A stretch of DNA of 64,000 nt. Origin: the human T2T-CHM13v2.0 reference genome, Homo sapiens. Positions within the stretch are counted from its first letter, which is position 1. Each line of letters opens with the position of its first letter. Positions 44,070 through 56,733 of the stretch are shown here, piece by piece. The notes beneath the pieces are model-generated. The model saw only the letters and a program-made list of their open reading frames with translations. It ran no database searches and was not told the DNA's origin. The position numbers and the translations under genes were made by a program. The DNA lies in the NCBI RefSeq assembly GCF_009914755.1, contig NC_060933.1, one strand, 5' to 3'.

Positions 44070-44225
44070 AGTGAAGGAGGGAGACTGGTTGGGAGACTAC
44101 TGCAGTAGCTTAAGCAACAGATGATGGTGCTTTACACTATGCTTTTAGTAGTGGAGATGGTGAGACGTGGTCTGATTTGGGATAGATTTTGTTCCAAGAA
44201 CTAAGATTTACTGATAGAATGAATA
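44070..44225 (-). mobile_element. L2 fragment
   Basis: gggagactggttgggagactactgcagtag...gatgatggtg...gtggagatggtgagacgtggtctgattt. Confidence 0.6.
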
Positions 44226-45714
44226 TGCACCATTGAATCTTTAGCACCTAGCACAATATACATGACATAAATAGTCAATGGGTATAGAAAGATGGTTCAA
44301 AATGAGGAAATCTATCAAGTCAAAGGGTAAAAAAATCCACACAATCATCTTGATCAATAAAACTGACAGTTTGCATATATGAAATGCAAAAGGACTATAA
44401 ATAATTGAAAAGAGTGAAGCTTCACTAGCAGGTGAGATAAATTTAATTATCACCCATAAACTAGAAAACAACTGTGTTGCTTTTTGGATTTATTATCCAA
44501 AATGGCGAATTGTTGGCTAGAATGTAGAGAAGTCTCTTCCTTATCTTTTATAAATCTGTCCTTGACCTTAATTTTTTCACAGTAAACATATAAAATCTCT
44601 TTAATATAAATGAAGTTATTTTGTAAAAGGTGGACAAACAATATTAGTATTGAGATTTTGAAAAGTTACAAATATCTGAATATGTTTGATAAGTTTTCGT
44701 TTAAGAGTTTATAGGGATGGACAATCTAAATCAATGAAGTATTTAATGGGGTTATGAGATGCTAAAACACACATGTAATTTCTCCCTCTGTATTATTTTC
44801 TCTAATGTTACTACTTTCTTTTACCTTTACAGGTGTATTTCCTTAGAGTTCTTGGGAAACCATATGGCTAAAACCTTGATCAATACGCTACATACTCGGA
44901 AACACTGAATCTTTCTAACGGGAAAAAAGAGGTTGGGGGGCAGAATTTATAAACATTTCTTCTTCAGATTTATGATATAGTAAATATACAATTTTATTTT
45001 TCCTGTTAAAGACACAATTAGAGATCTGGAGTGGGCATCTGGCCAAGTCGTCTGGTTTTAGCTCTTTGTTTCAACTTCTCTCTTACCACATTTATCACCC
45101 TCCATGATTCCCCAGTGCAGATAGCATGGGACCTGAGAGGAGAGTGAATATCCCCAACTTCTGCAACGCCTTAGGCTGCTGCACCCACACTTTTGTGAGT
45201 AATCACATCACAGCCACAAAACTTCCATCTTCATGTTTACACATTGTTTTGTTTTGTTTTCTTGGAAATCTCCAGCCTTCTGTGAGTAGAACTTTCTCTG
45301 ATAGGGCTCAAGCTTCAGAGTATTCCAGACTCAGTAAGTCTTACAGTAAACTCTCATATCTGTTATGCTCCTTCCCCAGGAAAAGAACCTTAAATTTTGA
45401 AGCCTCTGTACAAAAGACTTCTCTCATGTCCCAAAGAGAAAATGTTCAAACCCTTTTCAAGTCATTTGAATTGCCTCCTTATGCAACAGTAAAGCAGGAA
45501 CTTCAACATTGAATGAAGTTACAAATGATACTTAGTGCTTGTGAAATGGTGAGCCCTCCTTAAATAGTTTGTAAGGTGAGTTAGTGAGTGAGTGAGTAAA
45601 TACACAATGGTATGACCTTCATATACTGTGTATAGGAAGATACAGCCATCTCTGTGAAGCATCCCTCAAAGATATTTCTATATGAAACCGCAGGTTTAGA
45701 GCCTTGGCTCAGGA

Positions 45715-45895
45715 GGTAATATAAACCTGAGGTTAGATCTCGGCTCTGCTACTGGCCAACAAAATGACCTCAGTCAGTTGCCCAACTTTTCTAAGACTCA
45801 GTTCAGAGTCTTTTTGTAAAAGTTCAATAGGATCATATGTTAAACTCAGCATAGTACTACACTAATAGCACATATTCAATAAATTATAATAGTTA
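45715..45895 (+). mobile_element. MIR fragment
   Basis: acctgaggttagatctcggctctgctact...tgacctcag...ctaagactcagtt...ttcaataaat. Confidence 0.55.
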
Positions 45896-45915
45896 TTACT
45901 GGGTTCACTTAAATC

Positions 45916-47959
45916 TTTTTTAAATTTTACTTTAAGTTCTGGGGTACATGTGCAGAATGTGCAGGTTTGTTACATAGGTATACACATGCCATGGTGGTTT
46001 GCTGCACCCATCAACCCGTCACCTACATTAGGTATTTCTCCTAATGCTATCGCTCTCCTACCTCCCCACCCCCTGACAGGCCACCATGTGTGATGTTCCC
46101 CCGCCCCATGTCCATGTGTTCTCATTGTTCAACTCCCGCTTATGAGTGAGAACATGTGGTGTTTGGTTTTCTGTTCTTGTGATAGTTTGCTGAGAATGAT
46201 GGTTTCCAGCTTCATCCGTGTCCCTGCAAAGGACATAAAGTCATCCTTTTTTATGGCTGCATAGTATTCCATGGTGTATATGTGCTACATTTTCTTTATC
46301 CAGTCTATTATTGATGGACATTTGGATTGGTTCCAAGTCTTTGCTATTGTGAGTAGTGCTGCAATAAACATATGTGTGTATGTGTCTTTATAGTAGAATG
46401 ATTTATAATCCTTTGGGTATATAGCCAGTAATGGGACTGCTGGGTCAAATGGTATTTCTAGTTCTGGATCCTTGAGGAATCATCACACTGTCTTCCACAA
46501 TGGTTAAACTAATTTACACTCTCACCAACCGTGTAAAAGCATTCCTATTTCTCCACATCCTCTCCAGCATCTGTTGTTTCCTGACTTTTGAATGATCATC
46601 ATTCTAACTGGCATGAGATGGTATCTCATTGTGGTTTTGATTTGCATTTCTCTAATGACCAGTGATGATGAGCATTTTTTCATATGTCTGTTGGCTGCAT
46701 AAATGTCTTCTTTTGAGAAGTGTCTGTTCATATCCTTTGCCCACTTTTTGATGGGGTTGTTTGGTTTTTTCTTATAAATTTGTTTAAGTTCTATGTGGAT
46801 TCTGGATATTAGCCCTTTGTCAAATGAATATATTGCAAAAATTTTCTCCCATTCTGTAGGTTGCCTGTTCACTCTGATGATAATTTCTTTTGCTGTGCAG
46901 AAGCTTTTTGGTTTAATTAGATCCCATTTGTCAATTTTGGCTTTTGTTGTCATTGCTTTTGGTGTTTTAGACATGAAGTCTTTGCCCATGCCTGTGTCCT
47001 GAATGGTATTGCCCAAGTTTTTTTCTAGGATTTTTATGGTCCTAGGTCTTACATTTAAGTCTTTGATCCACCTTGAGTTGATTTTTGTATAAGGTGTAAG
47101 GACGGGGTCCAGTTTCAGTTTTCTGCATATGGCTAGCCAGTTTTCCCAACAATGCTTATTAAATAGAGAATCTTTTCCCCATTGCTTGTTTGTGTCAGGT
47201 TTGTCAAAGATCAGATGGTTGTAGATGTGGGTGTGATTTCTGAGGTTTCTGTTCTGTTCCATTGGTCTATATATCTGTTTTGGTACCAGTACCATGCTGT
47301 TTTGGTTACTGTAGACTTGCATAGTTTGATTTGAAGTCAGGTAGCATAATGCCTCCAGCTTTGTTCTTCTTGCCCAGGATTGTCTTGGTTATGCAGGCTC
47401 TTTTTTGGTTCCATATGAAGTTTAAAGTAGTTTTTTCCAATTCTGTGAAGAAAGTCAGTGGTAGCTTGATGGGGATGGCATTGAATCTATAAATTACTTT
47501 GGGCAGTATGGCCATTTTCACGATATTGATTCTTCCTGTACATGAGCATGGAATGTTTTTCCATTTGTTTGTGTCCTCTCTTATTTCCTTGAGCAGTGAT
47601 TTGTAGTTCTCCTTGAAGAGGTCCTTCACATCCCTCGTAAGTTGTATTCCTAGGTATTTCATTCTCTTAGTAGCAATTGTGATTGGGAGTTCACTCATGA
47701 TTTGGCTCTCTGTTTGTCTGTTATTGGTGTATAGGAATGCTTGTGATTTTTGCACATTGATTTTGTATCCTGAGACTTTTCTGAAGTTGCTTATCAGCTT
47801 AAGGAGATATTGGACTGAGACGATGGGGTTTTCTAAATATACAATCACGTCATCTGCAAACAGAGACAATTTGACTTCCTCTCTTCCTATTTGAATACCC
47901 TTTATTTCTTTCTCTTGACTGATTGCCCTGGCTGGAACTTCCAGTACTATGTTTAATAG
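45916..47959 (-). mobile_element. 5'-truncated L1 (L1PA7-like, ~2.0 kb)
   Basis: 3' end ggggtacatgtgcagaatgtgcagg...cccatcaacccgtcacctacattagg; ORF2 fragments 47306-47869 ([13 protein letters not shown]) and 46522-47322; no clear TSD. Confidence 0.92.
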
Positions 47960-48602
47960 AAAAGTTTCTAGTGGTGCCTTGATGGCCTATGAGTGATATA
48001 ATCAATTAAATCAGGAAAAATACAGAATGACCTGAGAAAATTTTTTTTCATCATTATAACTGTTACCTTCACCTACAGACTCATGGTCCAGAGTCAATAT
48101 ATTTTCTAAACTGCAATAAGATGACTAATGGGTGGGAGTGGATAAAATAAGTTCATTTGAACTCTATATAATGATATGCAAATTAGTTATTTTAGCAGGG
48201 TAGCTGCACTGAAGCTTCATCTAACTGAAAAATATTATGAAACATGATGTGTAATCATCATTTTGGCCTCTGCTATAGAGTAGTCATGATTGTAATTAAA
48301 GTTAATCACCAGTTATACTGCAAAACAGGAAATATTGTGATGGAGATAAACTGTGATAGAAATGCTGGGATTTAATCACTGGATGCTGAGGCATTGATAT
48401 GAGGGGATGGAGAAAGCTGGCTTAGAAAAAAATGAAAGTGAAGGGCTTGCACGTGTCAAGTCCCTAGAAGATAAAGTGTACAATGAATTTTTTTATTGCA
48501 TAAGTGGAGATGTCAAGCGGAGAAGTATCAGAGTCACAATTAATGAAAAGTGACATTTCAAAATGGAAGAATTTTTTTTAATGTTCATGGAAATATTCAT
48601 CT

Positions 48603-48825
48603 TGAGATTCATTGCACACCAGGATGACTACAGTCAGTAATAATGTATTATGTATTTGAAAATAACTAAGAGAATACATTTCAAATATCTCATTATTAAA
48701 AATGATAGGTAAGCAGGATGATGGATATGTTAAAGCAGCTTGATTTAATCAAACTGTATCATATACGTATATCAAAACATCACATTTTGCCCCGTAAATC
48801 CATACAACTATGATTTGTCAATTTA
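48603..48825 (+). mobile_element. L1MA8/9-type 3' end fragment
   Basis: gatgactacagtcagtaataatgtattatgtatttgaaaataactaagaga...gatggatatgtta...atcaaaacatcacatt...tgatttgtcaattt. Confidence 0.7.
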
Positions 48826-50239
48826 AACAGGTATCGTGGTTGTAGGGGAAAGTGGGCCATGATCTAAATACCTAAAAATAATGAAATTATTAATGAATTC
48901 CAATAAAAGCACATGTCAGAAATTATATAGCCATAGAGTGATGCTTATGGCGACTCTAGTACTATGAGAAAATAGTTATGTTTAAATACTAAATGAAGAA
49001 AATCATTATTGATTTTGAAGATGTTATAATTATATAAATAAACAGTACAAATTTTAAATAAATTTTAAATATTTGGTTATTTTCTTTGAATCAGGACTCA
49101 AAATAATATATTTCCTTAAATTGTATCATTTGTTTTTAGTAAGCACATATTGATTTATTCATCACAGTCTACAATGGAGAATGCAGGAAATGTTCTACAT
49201 TGTGAAGTTCAATTGAATATTTCTCTCTAGAGCATCAGATAGAGTTCTTTAGGTGTGAAAGAATAATTTCAACTCAAAAAACAATTTATAAAAAAGACTA
49301 ATTTGGGCCAGCTGGGTCATGAAAATTGAGTTAAACACTCACGTGATATATCTAAAAGTTGTCTTAAATTATTTACAATAAATGTTAAAATCTTTTTAAA
49401 ATGTATATTTCTGTATTCTAAAAATCATAGAGATTCACTCTAGATATATTTGAGATAAAAGCATGATTCATAGAGTGGGTAGTATTTTATTTGTAAATGA
49501 AATCAAATATGGGTAATAGAAAGTGAAACAATATTATCATATGAAAATCTTTAAAAACAACTGTTGAATTTTTATTGAACTTACATGATAACCTTTGACT
49601 GTCTTTTCTGTTTCTGAGCATTGTCATAACTCAGTCAAATAACTATGCCTATAACCCATGTGATCAAATGGACAATTTTAACAGCTGATTTGGTTAGTTT
49701 TAAGTGAACTCCACTAGGCTCTTTGCTGAAAAATTACATTTAAAGCAAAATATGAATTTTATGTGGTGTAAGAAGTAGGAAGTTGTTTCTTTTTAGTTAA
49801 TTTGAAGGGTAAAGGGAACTTGGTGGGTGTATTTAACTATAAATAGTTAGGCTATCACCTAAATTAGCAATGTTCCATGTAGGTAAAGCAAAATATGAAG
49901 CACCAAAGGACAAGTCTTTGACAACAGTAAAGTACTACTACATAGAGAAGGCAACTCTCTTGACTCATTGTTCAGAAATCAAATATCAAGACTAGGTTAA
50001 GGTCATATTATATTAAATAAAACAGCGAGGAATCACAGAAAATTAACAATTTTAGTCTTTGGGGCTGATTTGCCTTCAGTGTATTACCAGGCAGTTCAGG
50101 TTAAAATGTGTTTCTTTGGGTCACTCCTTTGGTGTGACTTTCCCTAGATAGTTGGTATCCTTGCTAGCTATTCTGACAGACTTCTGCGAATAGTTTAATG
50201 AAAGCTGCTTGCACTTGCATGAACAGCCAAACACTTCTC

Positions 50240-50420
50240 AATCTGGGCTCTGACACTTATAGCCTATGGGACCTTAGACAAATCACATAAATTACTTGAG
50301 CCTCAGTTTACCACCTGCAAAATAGTTAAAAGGATCTGTCTCTTATGGAGTTGCGTGTTAATTAAATCAAATTAAATGTCTTGTGGAAAATACTTAGGAT
50401 AATATCTGGCTACCAGATAG
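50240..50420 (+). mobile_element. MIR
   Basis: ggctctgacactta...accttagacaaatcac...gagcctcagtttaccacctgcaaaat. Confidence 0.65.
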
Positions 50421-50425
50421 GTATC

Positions 50426-52286
50426 TGTATCATTATATATTGTTTTGTAATAAATTACCACATATTTCATGACTTATCATACCCCTTATTTATTAACTCA
50501 TTGTTCTTTAGGTGAGAAGTTCAGGGGGACTTACTTGGATTCTCTGCTTAGGGTTTCACAAGACTAAAATCAAAGTGTCAGCCAACTACATTTTCATCTG
50601 AAGCTTGGAGTCCTTTTCCAGGCTCATTTCTCTTATAGAAGTCAGTTCCTTGTGGTTGTCCCAGTTATCTTTTTGACTGTTGGCTGAAGATCACTCTAGG
50701 CTCCTAGACCTCCTTGCGTGAGGTCTCTCTTCACATGCTTTGATTCTCTCTGACTTTCTCTTCTTCCACCAGAGAGAAAAAGATATATATTATGGTATTA
50801 AATGGCTTATGTAATTAGATTAAGCTCGCCCTGATAATCTCCTTTTTAATTAACTCAAAGTAAACTGATTTGTAACGTTAATATATTTGCCAAATCCCTT
50901 TCGCCATGAAAGGTAGCATAATAACACTTGTGATTTCTCATCATATTCCCTTTTTTGGCACAATGCTTGCTTTTATTAATTTTATTTTATTTTATTTTAT
51001 TTTATTTTTTATTTCCATAGGTTTTCAGGGAACAGGTATTTGGTTACATGAGTAAGTTCTTTTATGGTGATTTGTGAGATTTTAGTGCACCCATCACCTG
51101 AGCAGTATACACTGAACCCAATTTGTAGTATTTTGTCCATCACCCCCCTCTCACCCTTTCTGCTGAGACCCCAAAGTCCATTGTATCATTCTTATACCTT
51201 TGCATCCTCATAGCTATGCTCCCACTTAAGAGTGAGAACACACAATGTTTGGTTTTCCATTCCTAAGTTACTTGACTTAGAATCATAGTGCTCAATTTCA
51301 TCCAGGTGGCTGTGAGTGTTACTAACTCATTCCTTTTTATGACTGACTAGTATTTTGTCATATATATACACATGACAATTTTGGGGATAATTGGCAAGCC
51401 ACTGTGGGAGAATTAAACTGGATCCTCATCTCTCACCTTACACAAATATCAACTTAAGATAGATCAAGGACTTAAATCTAAGACCTGAAATTATAAAAAT
51501 TCTAGAAGATAACATCAGAAAAGCCCTTCTAGACATTGGCTTAGGCAAAGACTTTATGACCAAGAACCCAAAAGCAAATGCAACAAAAACAAAGATAAAT
51601 AAGTGGGACTTAATTAGACTAAAGAGCTTCTGCACAACAAAAGGAACAGTCAGCAGAGTAAACAGGCAACCTACAGAGTGGGAGAAAATTTTCACAAGCT
51701 ATACATCTGACAAAGGACTAATATCCAAAATCTAGAAGAAACTCAAACAAATTAGCAAGAAAAAAATGACAAACAATCCCATCAAAAAGTGGGCTGAGGA
51801 CATGAATAGACGGTTCTCAAAAGAAGATATACAAATGACCAACAAAAATATGAAAAAATGCTCAGCATCACTAATAATCGGGAAAATGCAAATCAAAGCC
51901 ACCTTACTACTGCAAGAATGTCTCTAATCAAAATATCAAAAAATAATAGATGTTGGCATGGATGTGGTGAACAGGCAACACTTCTACACTGCTGGTGGGA
52001 ATGTAAACTAGTACAACCACTATGAAAAACAGTGTGAAGAGATTCCTTAAAGAAGTAAAAGTAGAACTACCATTGATCCAGCAACCCCACTATTGGGTAT
52101 CTACCCAGAGGAAAAGAAGCCATTATACGAAAAAAATACTTCTACATGCATGTTTATAGCAGCACAATTCACAGTCGGAAAACTATGAAACCAGCCCAAA
52201 TGCCCGTCAGTCAACGAGTGGATAAAGATATTTCTCGTCATTTTCACAGTACCGGGTATTAAGTTGGGAAACCTTATAGGAACATT
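50426..52286 (-). mobile_element. MLT1-type MaLR LTR (MLT1D/E-like), split by an L1PB insertion at 50949-52229
   Basis: tgtaataaattaccaca...ggattctctgcttagggtttcacaagactaaaatcaaagtgtcagcc...ttaactcaaagtaaactgatt; resumes at 52230 and ends ctctgtctaccaga. Confidence 0.7.
50949..52229 (-). mobile_element. 5'-inverted (twin-primed) L1PB1-like insertion with a short putative 3' transduction
   Basis: Antisense 3'UTR ~50972-51381 (ttccataggtttt..ggaacagg..tttggttacatgagtaagttc) joined to sense ORF2 3' part 51382-52229; TSD atttctc(a/g)tcat(a/t)ttc at 50933-50948 and 52230-52245. Confidence 0.88.
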
Positions 52287-52776
52287 TTAGAACTCTGTCT
52301 ACCAGACCCTCAATAAATGTTGTTAGTTTATCGTGCTATTTCCGAAGAAGCTGAGCTTGTTCTGTGCTAATTTTTATGTACATACTACATCTTAATATTA
52401 TTCATGAAAATATTCACTATCTACACAGTCCATGAAAGATCTGGGAAATCCAGAACTGGCATCTTAAAAGTCCAGGCCTCAAAGCCAACTGATGGATCAG
52501 CTAAATCAATAAGGAACACCCACAGAGTGACATCAGAAATTCTGAAAAATACATAAAACAGCTGTGTATAGTCACTTTAATTAAATCCAGTAACAGGTGT
52601 TCACTTATGAGTTGAGAGCTAACGATTGCATGAGTCTGGTCTGAGCAAGGAAAACATGAAATACCATGAAAACAAGGAGGAAAAATAACGTAGACACTCC
52701 CTATAAACTGCATCCTTATTTCTATGATAGGTAGAATTTGTGCTAAAGTAACAATTGTTTTAAAACTAGTTAAAGT

Positions 52777-53070
<294 letters not shown>

Positions 53071-53300
53071 TAAAACTAGTTAAAGTATCGATTTAAGTGT
53101 CAGAGAGAACACTGAGTAGAATTAGAGATCAAATCTTGGGCTCTGGACCTTACTCTTCCACACATAATTAAGGAGATCAAAAAAATTAGAATGTTCTCAG
53201 TAAGTATGAGAGGTCAAGAAAGAGAATAAAAAACCCCTTATCCTCCTCTGATCAAAGAGTCCTAATTTAGTGAGGTCAGAACCACTGACAGCCAACTTTC

Positions 53301-54018
53301 TGATACAGTTTGGCTGTTTGTCCCCTCCAAATCTCATGTTGGGATATGTTCCTAAATGTTGGAGGTGGGGTCTGGTGGGATGGTGTTTGGGTCAGCAGGG
53401 AAGATCGCTCATGAATGGCTTGGTGCCCTCCTCCTGGTAATGAGTGAGTTCCCACTCTGTTGGTTCACATGATACCTGGTTGTTGAAGAGTCTGGCACCT
53501 CTCTCTCATGCTTCCTTTCTCATCATGTGACATGCTGGTTCCCCTTGCCTTCCTCCATGAGTAAAAGCTTCCCAGAGCCCTCATCAGAAGCTGAGCAGAT
53601 GCTGGCACCATGCTTCTTGTACACCCTGGAGATTTGTGAACCAAATAAATGTCTTTGTTGTTGTTGTTTGTTTGTCATTGTTGTTTTTGAGATAAAGACC
53701 CAGGCTGGAGTACAGCAGTGTCATCACAGCTCACTGCAGCCTCAACCACCCAGGCTCAAGTCATTCTCCCACTTCAGCCTGTTGAGTGGATGGGACTACA
53801 GGAGCGACCCTCCACATCCAGATAATTTTTTTTCTTTTTTTGTAGAAAGAGTGTCTACTAACCCAGTCTATTCTTTAACTTCTGTCCCCAAGCGATCCTC
53901 CCACCAAGACCTCCTGAAGTGCTGAGATTATGAGTGTGACCCACTAAGCCTGGCCAAACCTCTTTATAAATTACTGTGCCTCAGGTATTCGTTTATAGCA
54001 ATGCAAACAGACTAATAC
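53301..54018 (+). mobile_element. MSTB-like MaLR solo LTR interrupted by an AluJ
   Basis: tgatacagtttggctgtttgtcccctccaaatctcatgtt...ctcatgaatggcttggtgcc...ccaaataaa; ends ctcaggtattcgtttatagcaatgcaaacagactaatac. Confidence 0.85.
53655..53955 (-). mobile_element. AluJ (diverged)
   Basis: (ttg)n tail, caggctggagtacagc...cacagctcactgcagcctcaacc..caggctcaag, ends cctggcc. Confidence 0.85.
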
Positions 54019-54109
54019 TCTTTCCTACTACATGGAAGAACCTGAAAGAAAAATGTCAAGGCATGCATCACATGTGCCTTCCTTGTTTATGCTATTCCTC
54101 TTCAAAATA

Positions 54110-54220
54110 ACCCCTTAAAATTTTACAAATTAGAAAACAGAAGTTTGAGAAATTAAATAGTTATGTAAAATATCACAGTTGGTAAGGTGGCAGAGGCAGT
54201 TTTCAAGGCATATCCATTCC
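54110..54220 (-). mobile_element. MIR fragment
   Basis: ttttacaaattagaaaacagaag...tcacagttggtaaggtggcagaggcag. Confidence 0.55.
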
Positions 54221-54696
54221 ACTATAAATACTTAAAAAATATTATGCCACCTCCTACATTGGTAACATAAAAATGAGTGTTTCTCTTGAATGAAATTTTA
54301 TTTCTCTGCATATTCACTTACTGAACACACATAAACCTATGTATGTAAGTGTATACCCATCTTGCCCAAACTTAATAGTTGAAAAAGGTTTAAACAGATT
54401 AGTCTATTTACTCAGTATCTAGAATCATGATAGCAGTCCCAGAATTATTACATGATTGGCAGGAAACTTAATCAACCTTAACTTGAAGTAATTGGCTAAA
54501 CTTTCAACTCTTGACTTGAGACCAATTACTGTTCAGCCAATGGCACTCCAAGTTGGCTCAAGTTTCACGTTTGTCTTGCAAACCAAAGTACTATGAATAA
54601 GTTGAATATGAATTGTTAGAGAACTTTATGCCTCATATCTTGGTATCCATTATGGGCTAGAATTGAGAAAAAAAAGTCCCCAGTTATGAATTATAG

Positions 54697-54836
54697 TGAT
54701 ATTTGACGAGCTAAAAAACAAAAATTGCCAAAAATATCTCATAATGTTTTAAGAAAGTTTACCAATTTGTGTTATGCCACATTCAAAGCCATCCTGGGCC
54801 TCATGCAGCCTGCGGGCAACAGGTTGGACAAGCTTG
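54697..54836 (+). mobile_element. MER30 (hAT-Charlie) DNA transposon, partial
   Basis: gagctaaaaaa...tctcataatgttttaagaaagtttac...ccacattcaaagccatcctgggcc...ggttggacaagcttg. Confidence 0.8.
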
Positions 54837-54837
54837 T

Positions 54838-55512
54838 TTTAGGGTTTTCTATATATAAAATCATGTCATTAACAAAGCAATTTCATTTCTTCCTTTCCTA
54901 TTAAGATGTCTTTTCCTGGACTTAGAAAAATAGCTTTCAACTATTCATCATTAAGTATGATGCTAGCTGTGGGTTTGCCATATAGGGCCTTTATTGTGCT
55001 AAGGTATATTCCTTTTATACCTAATCAGAGAGTGTCTATCATGAAAGGATATTGAGTTTTGTCAAATGCTTTTTTTGTGTTTATTGAGATAATATGGTTT
55101 TGTCTTATATTCTGTTAATGTGATGTATCACATTTATTGATTTATGTGTGTTAAAGCACCCTTGCATCCCAGGGATCAATCCCACTTGATTATGGCGAAT
55201 GATTCTTTAAATATGTTGCTAAGTTTGGTTTGCTAGTATTTTTCTGAGGATTGGGCATCAATGTTCATCAGGAATATTGGCCTATAGTTTGTTTGTTTGT
55301 TTTTCCTTATAGTGTCCTGATCTGGTTTTGGTATTGGGGTAATACTGGCCTCATAAAATATGTATGAAAATATTCCCTATTTAACTTTTTGGAAGAGTTT
55401 GAGAAGAATTGGTATCTACTCTTCTTTAAATGTTTGGTAGAATTCACTTGTGAGTCCATCCAGCCCTGAGCTTTTCCTTGATGGGCAAATTTTTATTACT
55501 GATTCAATCTGC
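54838..55512 (-). mobile_element. Old L1M ORF2 fragment
   Basis: Antisense RT-region sequence (ttgcatcccagggatcaatcccacttgat, ggtagaattcac..tgagtccatc, tttattactgattcaat). Confidence 0.8.
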
Positions 55513-55521
55513 TTACTCATA

Positions 55522-55591
55522 TGTGTGTGTGTGTGTGTGTGTGTATTTATATATATTTATATATATTTATATATTTATAACATATATATAA
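55522..55591. repeat. (TG)n microsatellite followed by a (TA)-rich tract
   Basis: tgtgtgtg... then tatttatatatatttatatatattt. Confidence 0.9.
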
Positions 55592-55818
55592 TTTTTTTTC
55601 CAAATTACCCTTCCTTTCTTATGTTCTTCTGGGACTCTGATGACATAAAGATTAGACCTTTTGGCATTTTACCACAATACCCTAGGGAGAGCTGTTGTTC
55701 ATTTTTTTCAATGCTTTTGTCTCTTATTCAAATTGGATAGTTTCTGTTGATCTAGGTTCAAGTTCACTGATTCCTCTTTCAGTCATCTCACTCTCATTCT
55801 GCTATTGAGTCCATCAGG

Positions 55819-56296
55819 TGTTGTAGGCTGAGAGAGAGAGAGTCGTGATCATTGCAGGCTGAGAGAGAGAGAGTCGTGATCAACTCAGTATACCACTGGA
55901 GGCTATATGAGTAAACAGCAAACTGTTCTCATAAAAGCAGGATGTTGGCAAACTGACAAACTGCTTCTGATGCCCAGAAGGAATGCTGAGGGCAGTCACA
56001 CCCCAAGCACAGTGTTTCTTGTGGTTAGGCACATCTGAAGCCTATTAGCAATAATGTGAACCTGTGATCAGTTAAGCAGCTGGCCAATCATTACCTCCTC
56101 CTCCCTGCTCTTTCTACCCAATAAATACAAAGAGCTGTAGAAGCTCAGGACTGCTGCCTTTGCTCACTAGAAGCAGGGAGCCCTCTTCTGCTTCCCCTGG
56201 CCCCTTCCTTTAAAATAGTTACTTTTGTTTTAAGTTTTCATTTCTGCTTTCGTCTCCCTTCAGTCAGTCCCGTAGTAACCGTGGCAAACTGCGGCA
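55819..56296 (+). promoter_or_regulatory. 5' LTR (LTR3A-like) with a 31-bp tandem duplication at its start
   Basis: gtcgtgatcaactcagtataccactggaggctatatgagtaaacagcaaactg LTR3 signature; ccaat and aataaa motifs; duplicated unit 55821-55851 / 55852-55882. Confidence 0.85.
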
Positions 56297-56298
56297 AG

Positions 56299-56316
56299 TG
56301 GAACCCAAACAGGGAC
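56299..56316 (+). other. Primer-binding site, tRNA-Lys(UUU)-like
   Basis: tggaacccaaacagggac versus canonical TGGCGCCCGAACAGGGAC (3 mismatches), 2 nt after the 5' LTR. Confidence 0.85.
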
Positions 56317-56714
56317 TATAGGGATAGATAGAGACTAGCAGAGACTAACAGAGACTAGTAGAGACTAGCAGAAACTTGCAGGGACAGACAGGGACAGACA
56401 GGGTCTTTTGGGACTTGAATGAGGAAGGTCTGCTGGAGCAGAGAAACTGAAACTTACCAGATGAATGAGAAACCCCGTCACGAGTCTGCCAGCAGCAATA
56501 TAAGGAGACGATCAAACCGTGTGGGTGCCCTCAAGGTGTGTGCGACCATGGAACAGGAGACTGGAGGGACCCCTGGATCCCAACCATGGGCTTGGTTCCC
56601 CCGGTACAAACCATGAGCCAGTTGAATCTGAATGCAAAGACGGAACAAGAACCAACCAGAATCACACTGACATCAACCTCCATGACATAGGGACAGATCT
56701 TATTTAATTAATGC

Positions 56715-56733
56715 AAAAACAAAAAGGGAGAGA
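56715..56733 (+). other. Polypurine tract
   Basis: aaaaacaaaaagggagaga immediately before the TG of the 3' LTR. Confidence 0.85.

Noticed and set aside
46522-47869. 266-aa and 187-aa ORFs with an intact FADD motif
   Set aside because: 5'-truncated, promoterless L1PA7 ORF2 pieces separated by a frameshift.
56327-56403. Short direct repeats (gagactagca x4, gggacagaca x2) resembling an array
   Set aside because: No unique spacers; these are tandem repeats in the ERV leader, not CRISPR.
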